This document shows, piece by piece, positions 9,052 through 16,899 of a DNA stretch of 19,987 bases. The DNA is taken from contig NW_021824289.1 in NCBI RefSeq assembly GCF_006345805.1, forward strand, positions 1 to 19,987, read 5' to 3'. The notes under the pieces are model-generated. The model worked only from the letters and a program-made list of their open reading frames with translations, searched no databases and was not told the DNA's origin. How positions within the stretch are numbered: position 1 is the first letter of the stretch; each line of letters begins with the position of its first letter. The translations under genes and the position numbers were made by a program. The stretch comes from Octopus sinensis. Lineage: Eukaryota.

Positions 9052-9493
9052 GGAGGCGCAATGGCCCAGTGGTTAGGGCAGCGCACTCGCGGTCATAAGA
9101 ACATCATCATCATCATCATCGTTTAACGTCCGTTTTCCATGCTAGCACGGGTTGGACGGTTCGACCGGGGTCTGGGAAGCCAGGAGGCTGCACCAGGCTC
9201 CAGTCTGATCTGGCAGACTTTCTACAGCTGGATGCCCTTCCTAACACCAACCACTCCGCGAGTGTAGTGGGTGCTTTTTACGTGCCACCTGCACAGGTGC
9301 CAGGGGAGTCTGGCAGCGGCCACGATCGGTCGGTGCTTTTTACGTGCCACCGGGTTTCAATTTTCAGACCGGACATTGTGTGTGTTTATTGAGCAAAAAC
9401 ACCTAAGCTCTACGAGGCTCCGGCGGGGGTGAGGGGTGAACCCCGCTGTACTCTTTCACCACAACTTTCTCTCACTCTTTCTTCCTACTTCTG
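9052..9493 (+). mobile_element. SINE family A, 5' part, split by a family D insertion
   Basis: ggaggcgcaatggcccagtggttagggcagc (9052-9101) resumes at about 9351 (gggtttcaattttcagaccgg...), colinear with the intact copy at 10404. Confidence 0.85.
9102..9353 (-). mobile_element. Family D (RTE-like) 3' end nested in SINE A
   Basis: (cat)n-cgtttaacgtcc...ggatgcccttcc...tacgtgccaccgg; homologous to 601-855. Confidence 0.85.
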
Positions 9494-9665
9494 CCACAAA
9501 GCAGAAGGACCATGGTGTAACCCGTTATGGTGTCATAAAACTTTCAGACCCTAGTCTAGACTGTGAATTCTCTGTACCCCAGGATGGTTCAGCTCTCCAC
9601 CCGTTAAAAGCCACCGTTTACAGAATGAGGATAACAACGTAACTTTCGCGCCTGTGCAACCGCCA

Positions 9666-9861
9666 GTGAGTGGATTTGGTAGACGGAAACTGAAAGAAGC
9701 CCGTCATATATGTGTATGTATATGTTTGTGTGTCTGTGTTTGTGCCCCTCAACATCGCTTGACAACCGATGCTGGTGTGTTTACGTCCCCATAACTTAGT
9801 GGTTCGGCAAAAGAGACCTATAGAATAAGTACTAGGCTTACAAAGAATAAGTCCTGGGGTC
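9666..9861 (+). mobile_element. SINE family C internal fragment
   Basis: gtgagtggatttggtagacggaaactg...gaataagtcctggggtc. Confidence 0.85.
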
Positions 9862-9862
9862 C

Positions 9863-10095
9863 ACAAACAACCTTGCCTGGCCTTGTGCCTTGGAGGGTAA
9901 CCTTCTAGGTGTTATCCCATGGGTATCTTTACCCCTTACCCTATATACATATAATGGTATGGACAGGGGAGGCTGGTATGCATGGGCGACTGCTGGTCTT
10001 CCATAAACAACCTTGCCTGGTCTTGTGCCTTGGAGGGTAACCATCTAGGTGCAATCCCATGGTTATTCATGACCGAAGGGGGTCTTCTTTCCTTC
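9863..10095 (+). repeat. Partially duplicated dispersed repeat end (label E)
   Basis: aaacaaccttgcctgg(c/t)cttgtgccttggagggtaacc(t/a)tctaggtg..atcccatgg occurs at about 9865 and about 10005. Confidence 0.7.
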
Positions 10096-10184
10096 CTTCC
10101 GGTAGATGTGTAATGATGATGATGATGATGATGTTGATACTGCGAGGCATTATTTATTCTATCTTTCACCGTTTTTTATTCCAG

Positions 10185-10314
10185 ATACATGAAGGATACC
10201 CCACCAATTCTACCGACTGATGTGAACCAGGGCTACAAACAGATGAAAGCCAAAATTGGCAGTCAGAAAGTGCGCCCTTGGAAATGGATGCCCTTCACTA
10301 ACCCAGCACGGAAG
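10185..10314 (+). CDS. DMAP1: DMAP1 coding exon 3 (A + YMKDTPPILPTDVNQGYKQMKAKIGSQKVRPWKWMPFTNPARK)
   Basis: KVRPWKWMPFTNPARK is near-invariant in DMAP1. Acceptor ttttttattccag at 10184 fits the phase-2 donor; donor gtaaag at 10315, phase 0. Confidence 0.96.
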
Positions 10315-10403
10315 GTAAAGGAACCTCCCTCCTTCTCTCTCTCTCTTTCTCTCTAGCTCTCTCTCTCTCTAATGCTGTTATATGTGTAGTCTGTAATGTA
10401 TGT

Positions 10404-10792
10404 GTGGAGGCGCAATGGCCCAGTGGTTAGGGCAGCGGACTCGCGGTCGTAGGATCGCGGTTTTGATTCCCAGACCGGGCGTTGTGAGTGTTTATTGAGC
10501 GAAAACACCTAAAGCTCCACGAGGCTCCGGCAGGGGATGGTGGTGATCCCTGCTGTACTCTTTCGCCACAACTCTCTCTCACTCTTACTTCCTGTTTCTG
10601 TTGTACCTGTATTTCAAAGGGCCGGCCTTGTCACTCTCTGTGTCACGCTGAATATCCCCGAGAACTACGTTAAGGGTACACGTGTCTGTGGAGTGCTCAG
10701 CCACTTACACGTTAATTTCATGAGCAGGCTGTTCCGTTGATCGGATCAACCAGAACCCTCATCGTCGTTACCGACGGAGTGCTTCCGTTTCC
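10404..10792 (+). mobile_element. Full-length tRNA-headed SINE, family A, with 9-bp TSD
   Basis: A-box tggcccagtgg, B-box-like ggttttgattccc; TSD aatgtatgt at 10395-10403 and 10793-10801. Confidence 0.9.
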
Positions 10793-10834
10793 AATGTATG
10801 TACACAGACACCTCGAGAGTAAATAGACACCATT

Positions 10835-11075
10835 TTGTTTTTCGGATCTTTACCTTTTGACTGATAGATTTTAAAAAATAATTTTTTGTAACTAAATTCT
10901 TTCAAACTTCGGACACTGGTAGAATGTGTCATATAAAACATCTTTTGCTCTTAGCATTTTTGAGAAAAGTTTATATTTACGAAGTTATTTCGTGTTAGAA
11001 TTGTCATATTTCGGTAATTTCAACCAATCAATGACGTGTATTCAACTGAATAAAATTACTGCCGTTCTAAAACGA
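10835..11075 (-). mobile_element. Diverged relative of the element at 5055-5917
   Basis: Shares exact blocks actggtagaatgtgt (10915-10929) and aatttcaaccaatcaatgacgt (11016-11037) with the reverse complement of the 250-bp unit. Confidence 0.65.
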
Positions 11076-11274
11076 AACATGAGAGATTGTTTATGAGATA
11101 TTTCGTTACCATCATACATATATTTCACTAACGAAAATAATTATTAGTTACACACACACACATATTTACATATGTGTGTGTGTAATGTGTCAGCCTAATA
11201 CATGTTTATTATCTCCCATGGGATAACGTTGGTTATCTCCCTTGCGTTTTTCCTCTTACCTCCTTCTTTACTCA

Positions 11275-11382
11275 TATATATATATATATATATATATTAT
11301 ATAATATATATTATATATATAATATATATATATATATATTATTATATATTATATATATTATATATTATATATATATATATAT

Positions 11383-11426
<44 letters not shown>

Positions 11427-11445
11427 ATATAATAATATATATATA
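11275..11445. repeat. (AT)n-rich microsatellite
   Basis: Direct reading. Confidence 0.95.
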
Positions 11446-11800
11446 TCTCTTATTATAAAAGGCAGATTTTATCTGCCTCCCTTTGGGAGTTATACAAATC
11501 TACAATATAGGATTTCTTCAATTACAATTTACCTTGCATTTTTAAGAGTACAATGCATCGCGTAATGCCAGGTCCAGTTTTTAAAATTTAAACTCCAATT
11601 AAGCAAAATTTATAGAAAACTCACATTCTGGTGTGTGTGTCAAATGCTTTTCTTAGTCTGGTTTACAGCACACGCAAACGCACACACACAGTGGGCAACG
11701 AATAAAATGAAAGTAATTGACTTACTGTAGTGAGTGATTCTTTCACTCTGCCTCCCACTTCCTCTTTCAACACATAGACACGCAAATATATAAATAAAAT
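11446..11800 (+). mobile_element. Possible Helitron-type non-autonomous element, 5' portion
   Basis: Begins a|TCtcttattataaaa followed by the small palindrome ggcagattttatctgcc. No 3' hairpin-CTRR end was found and the end coordinate is uncertain. Confidence 0.35.
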
Positions 11801-11966
11801 TGTAAGCTAACGTGCGTGTGTGTGAGTGGGTGTGTGTGGGTGTGCGCGTGTGTGTGTGTGTGAGGGTGAGTGTGTGTGTGTGTGAGGGTGAGTGTGTGTG
11901 TGCGTGGGTGTGTGACAGTAAAGTTTTTTTACGACGAATATAACACCTATATCCAAGTAGCAGAAA

Positions 11967-12339
11967 GATAAGACAGTAAGGTGTGATTTGAGGGAGATTT
12001 GGCTGCTATTTCTACCATGTCTAGCTGCCATGTAGGGGTCTCCCTCATAGGCTCATACATACATATATACATAGATAAGACAGTAAGGTGTGATTTGGGG
12101 GAAATTTGGCTGCTATTTCTACCAGGTCTAGCTGCCATGTAGGGGTCTCCCTCATAGGCTCATACATACATATATACATAGATAAGACAGTAAGGTGTGA
12201 TTTGGGGGAAATTTGGCTGCTATTTCTACCAGGTCTAGCTACCATGTAGAGGTCCCCCTCATTGGCTCATATATATATACATACATAAGACAGTAAGGTG
12301 TGATTTGAGGGAGATTTGGCTGCTGTTTCTACCAGGTCT
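11967..12339 (+). repeat. 107-bp tandem repeat, ~3.5 copies (starts 11967, 12074, 12181, 12284)
   Basis: gataagacagtaaggtgtgatttg.ggga.atttggctgctatttctacca.gtct...ggctcatacatacatatatacata repeated. Confidence 0.93.
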
Positions 12340-12379
12340 GTTAGGCCTTCTCATGTAAACTCAAGCTTTCTCATGCCTT

Positions 12380-12510
12380 GAACTCGTTTTATTTTTGTAA
12401 GCATTGTACTTATTCTATCTGTTTCCTTTGTCAAACCACTAGGTGACAGGGATGTAAACAAACCAACATTCGTTGTCAAGCAGTGGTGGAGGACAATCAC
12501 AAGCACAGAC
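12380..12510 (-). mobile_element. Old, diverged SINE C-related fragment
   Basis: gtacttattctatct...gatgtaaacaaaccaaca..gttgtcaagc resembles the family C 3' half. Confidence 0.6.
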
Positions 12511-12593
12511 ACGCACACACACACACATACATGCATACACATATACACACATACATACATACATACATATATATATATGTGTGTATATATATA

Positions 12594-12912
12594 TTGCAGC
12601 GTGGAAGGTGTTTGTAAGCCATTTAAGAAACACACAAAAACCGTTCGATTCACTTCAACATTTAAATTTAATTTGCCAAAATATTTTCCTCGCTTTGAGA
12701 CCGCGACCTGTTCACTGACAAAAATATCGTGCTAACAGGTCGCGGTCTCAAAGCGATGAAAATATTTTGACAAATTAAATTTAAATGTTGAAGTGAATCG
12801 AACGGTTTTTGTGTGTTTCTTAAATGGCTTATAAACACCTTCAACGCTGCAACTGTTTTCGTTCCAGCACACGATCTCAGATCAAGTCACTTGCTATGCA
12901 AGTACATCTCTG
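12594..12912. mobile_element. 119-bp inverted repeat (12594-12712 / 12734-12852, 21-nt spacer) plus unpaired extension; candidate Penelope-like inverted pLTR or MITE
   Basis: The arms differ at 4 positions by manual comparison, and they contain a hammerhead-like arrangement (see findings). The palindrome is certain; the class is inferred. Confidence 0.75.
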
Positions 12913-13010
12913 TAACTATATATATATTATATATATATATATGTATATTGGTAAAAACAGTAAGATAACAAAAGAAGAAAGAGACCTCAATATTATGTAA
13001 ATAGAGGAAA

Positions 13011-13405
13011 TCTTTATATATAAAAGTGAGGTTGTGTGTCTGTCTCCTACGATTTAGATTCCTAACTACTCCCACATTTTGCGGTGCAGTTTAACCAAAA
13101 CCGGGTATCTTATAGTCGTGATTCATATCGAGACCGTCTGGGTATTAGCGCGCGTCTACGATGAGTCTACGATTTAAAAAAAAATTTACCATCAATTTTT
13201 CCCATTTTTAATCCATTTTTGACATATATAAGGGAAGTAACTCTCTAAAATTTATTATTAAATCTCAGAACGTAAAAAGCTACAGTAACACCCCTCCCCC
13301 TTTGTGGTTAGCCATATTGAGATGGCTATTATACTTTACATCTCTAAAAATGCTTATATAATTATTTCCCTTACAAACCCGAGCAACGCCGGGCGATACT
13401 GCTAG
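13011..13405 (+). mobile_element. Complete non-autonomous Helitron
   Basis: 5' a|TCtttatatataaaa; 3' GC-rich hairpin cccgagcaacgccggg (13378-13393), then CTAG (13402-13405)|t. A-T insertion site, no TSD, no TIRs. Confidence 0.85.
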
Positions 13406-13617
13406 TATAATATATATATAATATATATTATAATATATATATATATAATATAATATATATTATAATATATATATATAATATATATATATTATATTATATA
13501 ATATATATATATTATATATATATTATTATATATATATATATATATATATATTATATTATATATATATATATTATATATATATATATATATTATATATTAT
13601 ATTATATATATATTATA

Positions 13618-13650
<33 letters not shown>

Positions 13651-13765
13651 ATAATATATATTATATAATATATATATATATATTGTATAATATAATATAT
13701 ATATATTATATAATATAATATATATATTATATTATATAATATATATATATATTATATACATATAT
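13406..13765. repeat. Long (AT)n/(AAT,ATT) microsatellite
   Basis: Direct reading. Confidence 0.95.
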
Positions 13766-13827
13766 ATAAGTTCTCTCATGTAGAGCTGTATTCTAATATC
13801 TCTCTCTCTCTTTTTCTCTCTCCACAG

Positions 13828-13902
13828 GACGGCACCATATTCCTTCATTGGCGCCGGGTTGCTGACGAAGCCAAAGACTATCCCTTTGCCAGGTTCAACA
13901 AG
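13828..13902 (+). CDS. DMAP1: DMAP1 coding exon 4 (DGTIFLHWRRVADEAKDYPFARFNK)
   Basis: The HWRR...KDYPFARFNK motif; acceptor ctctccacag at 13827; donor gtaaat at 13903; phase 0-0. Confidence 0.96.
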
Positions 13903-13979
13903 GTAAATAACCGATTCCTTCCCTTTATGAAACAAGAGGTGGTGGTCATATTTTGTTGTGCTTTCTGCTTTCTTAAATA

Positions 13980-14410
13980 CAGGTGCAGGCGTGGCTGTGT
14001 GGTAAGCGGTTTGCTTCCCAACCACATGGCTCTGGGTTCAGTCCCACTGTGTGGACGCGCATGGCTTTGTGGTTAGGGCGTTGGTCTCATGATCGTAAGA
14101 TTGTGGTTTCGATACCTGGACCGGGCGACGCGTTTTGTTCTTGAGCAAAACACTTCATTTCATGTTGCTCCAGTCCACTCAGCTGGCAAAAGTGAGTTAC
14201 CCCGCGACAGACTGGCTTCCCATCCAGGTGGGGAGTATTTACACCATGGAAACTGGGAAACCAGCCCTATGATACTACATGACTCTGAAAGGAACTTTAC
14301 TTTACTCATTGCATGGCACCTTGAGCAAGTGTCTTCTTCTATAGCCTTGGGCCAACCAAAGCCTTGTGAGTGGATTTGGTCAACAGAAACTGAAAGAAGC
14401 CCAATATATA
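13980..14410 (+). mobile_element. SINE family C 5' half (13980-14054 + 14317-14410), interrupted by SINE G
   Basis: The head gtggctgtgtggtaag...gggttcagtcccactgtgtgg resumes at caccttgagcaagtgtcttc...gaaagaagccc. Confidence 0.8.
14055..14306 (+). mobile_element. tRNA-headed SINE, family G, with (CTTTA)n tail and diverged 10-bp TSD
   Basis: A-box-like tggctttgtgg, B-box-like ggtttcgatacc, CORE-like cttgagcaaaacacttca; flanks are cactgtgtgg (14045-14054) and cattgcatgg (14307-14316). Confidence 0.75.
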
Positions 14411-15410
14411 CTCTTTTACTTGTTTCAGTCATTTGACTGTGGCCATGCTGGAGCACCGCCTTTAAGTCGAGCAAATTGACCCCCAGGACTTATTCTTTGT
14501 AAGCCCAGTACTTATTCTATCAGTCTCTTTTACTTGTTTCAGTCATTTGACTGTGGCCATGCTGGAGCACCGCCTTTAGTCGAGCAAATCAACCCCAGTA
14601 CTTATTCTTTGTAAGCCTAGTACTTATTCTATCGGTCTCTGTTACTTGTTTCAGTCATTTGACTGTGGCCATGCTGGAGCACCGCCTTTAGTTGAGCAAA
14701 TCGACCCCCCAGGACTTATTCTTTGTGAGCCTAGTACTTATTCTATCGGTCTCTTTTACTTGTTTCAGTCATTTGACTGTGGCCATGCTGGAGCACCACC
14801 TTTAGTCGAGCAAATCGACCCCAGGACTTATTCTTTGTAAGCCCAGTACTTATTCTATCGGTCTCTTTTACTTGTTTCAGTCATTTGACTGTGGCCATGC
14901 TGGAGCACCGCCTTTAGTCGAGCAAATCAACCCCAGTACTTATTCTTTGTAAGCCTAGTACTTATTCTATCGGTCTCTGTTACTTGTTTCAGTCATTTGA
15001 CTGTGGCCATGCTGGAGCACCGCCTTTAGTCGAGCAAATCGACCCCCCAGGACTTATTCTTTGTGAGCCTAGTACTTATTCTATTGGTCTCTTTTACTTG
15101 TTTCAGTCATTTGACTGTGGCCATGCTGGAGCACCACCTTTAGTCGAGCAAATCGACCCCAGGACTTATTCTTTGTAAGCCCAGTACTTATTCTATCGGT
15201 CTCTTTTACTTGTTTCAGTCATTTGACTGTGGCCATGCTGGAGCACCGCCTTTAGTCGAGCAAATCGACCCCAGGACTTATTCTTTGTAAGCCTAGTACT
15301 TATTCTATCGGTCTCTTTTGCAGAACCACTAAGTTACGGGGACGTAAGCACACACATGCCAGCATCGGTTGTCAAGCGATGTTGGGGGGACAAACACAGA
15401 TACAAAATAA
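14411..15410 (-). repeat. Tandem array of eight 112-114-bp SINE C 3'-end units (14411-15312), continuing into the SINE body
   Basis: Units start at 14411, 14525, 14637, 14751, 14863, 14975, 15089 and 15201. Each is ctcttttacttgtttcagtcatttgactgtggccatgctggagcacc...tacttattctatcggt. Confidence 0.95.
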
Positions 15411-15426
15411 TAATAATAAACACACA

Positions 15427-15502
15427 CATCGCCCGGTCTGAGATTCGAACCCGCGATCCCTCGACCATGAGTCTGCTGCTCTAACCACTAGGCCATGTGC
15501 CT
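15427..15502 (-). mobile_element. tRNA-like head of a family A-related SINE
   Basis: Minus strand ggcacatggcctagtggttagagcagc...gcgggttcgaatctcagaccgggcgatg has A and B boxes and is colinear with the family A head. Confidence 0.75.
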
Positions 15503-15605
15503 GTACGTAATCTATTGTAATGTACTTTATTCTTTAACCTCACCCTCTTTGATTCAATCCAATGTCTGCTCTATTCTCATGTGTTTCCAATCTGTGATTT
15601 TACAG

Positions 15606-15824
15606 ACGGTGGATGTACCAACATACTCTGATCTGGAGTACCAACAGCACCTTCACGACGACAGCTGGACGAGGCATGAGACCGACCACCTGTTTGACCT
15701 CTGCCGGAGGTTTGATCTCCGCTTCATTGTCATTCACGACCGGTGGGATCGCAGTAAATACCCAAACAGAAGCGTGGAGGACATCAAGGAACGATATTAC
15801 AACATATGCAACACATTGGTCAAG
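15606..15824 (+). CDS. DMAP1: DMAP1 coding exon 5, SANT/Myb-like domain (TVDVPTYSDLEY...WTRHETDHLFDLCRRFDLRFIVIHDRW...RSVEDIKERYYNICNTLVK)
   Basis: Strong match to the DMAP1 SANT domain; acceptor ttttacag at 15605; donor gtaact at 15825; phase 0-0. Confidence 0.97.
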
Positions 15825-15859
15825 GTAACTATACGTGTGTCCGTGTGTCCCTCTCCTTC

Positions 15860-16330
15860 CTTTCTCACAAGCAATCCGCCGGCAGGACAAGTGAGACCAT
15901 AACGCATGGCCTCTACATGGGATGTAGCCAGTCCACTTATGCATACCTTTCCTTCTTGGGACACAAAACTCTACTTGTGAAGACCTGTTGAGGCAAGTGA
16001 AAATCGAAATCGATCAACATCAATGGAAATTGCAGCTGTGATACCAGTGCCGGTAGTACGTAAGAGAACCATCCGAACTTGGCCGTTGCCAGCGCTGCCC
16101 CGACTGGCCTCGTGTCGGTGGCACGTAAAAAGCACCATCTGATCGTGGCTGTTTTCCAGCCTGGCCTGACCCCTGTGCCAGTGGCACGTAAAAAGCACCA
16201 TCCGATCGTGGCCGTTTGCCACCCACTACACTCATGGACTGGTTGGCATTAGGAAGGGCATCCAGCCGTAGAAACATTGCCAGATCAGACTGGGCCTGGT
16301 GCAGCCTTCTGGCTTCACAGACTCCAGTTG
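15860..16330 (+). mobile_element. Family D retroposon 3' region with tggcacgtaaaaagcacc minisatellite, lacking its tail
   Basis: 16060-16330 is the reverse complement of the 601-855 type sequence (ggttggcattaggaagggcatccagccgtagaaac). The upstream part is probably the same element's more 5' sequence. Confidence 0.7.
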
Positions 16331-16553
16331 GGTAACGATCACACTCGAATGGTGTCTTTTACGTGCCACCGGCACAGAAGCCAGATAGCCACTCTGGCAA
16401 CGATCACACTCAGATGGTGCTCTTAATACCCTACTAGCACGGGGCTCGAGTGCTAGTAAGGCAATGCTGGTAACAATCACACTCGAATGGTGCCTTTTAA
16501 GTGCCACTGGCACGGAAGCCGGTTAGCTGCTCTGTCAATGATCACACTCATGA
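16331..16553 (-). mobile_element. Family D minisatellite units in the opposite orientation
   Basis: Repeats of acgatcacactcgaatggtg.c.ttttacgtgccac(c/t)ggcac. Confidence 0.7.
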
Positions 16554-16579
16554 TATATATATATATATTATATATATAG

Positions 16580-16742
16580 ATACTTAATAAAAAGGGTTCT
16601 ACAAAGATTTGCTTTACCGCATACCGAAGTTTAGAAATAGCAGCCAAAAATCTTAGCTATTTCTTCTACTTTTTTTGGCTGCTATTCCTAAACTTCAGTA
16701 TATGGCAAAGCAAATCTTTGCTGAACCCTTTTTATTAAGTAT
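16580..16742. mobile_element. MITE-like hairpin: 71-bp arms (16580-16650 / 16672-16742), 21-nt loop, TA-flanked
   Basis: atacttaataaaaagggttc...gaaatagcagccaaaaa pairs with tttttggctgctattcc...gaaccctttttattaagtat, with about 7 differences. Confidence 0.8.
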
Positions 16743-16899
16743 AACTTAAGTTTACCATGAAATGGTCCTTTTTTCATACTGAATTCTACTTGGTGAAATT
16801 ATTGATTACTTCTTAATTAATTAATTTTACCCTTTGTTATTGTTGATATATATATAGATAGATTGATATAGATATATATATATGTGTATATATTGTTGT

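Noticed and set aside
10191-10196. Alternative acceptor AG at 10193-10194 removing YMK
   Set aside because: With the phase-2 donor it shifts the frame, so it cannot give the conserved protein.
11148-11185. Small hairpin ttacacac...gtgtgtaa
   Set aside because: It is built from (CA)n/(TG)n microsatellite, which is expected by chance in this repeat-rich context.
14411-15312. Regular repeat array resembling CRISPR
   Set aside because: There are no unique spacers; the units are contiguous SINE 3' ends in a eukaryotic intron.
15427-15502. Possible tRNA gene on the minus strand
   Set aside because: It has A/B boxes but no convincing acceptor stem, and it is colinear with the family A SINE head.
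15495-15902. 135-aa ORF as a single-exon gene
   Set aside because: Only 15606-15824 is DMAP1-like and it is bounded by canonical splice sites; the rest is intron read-through.
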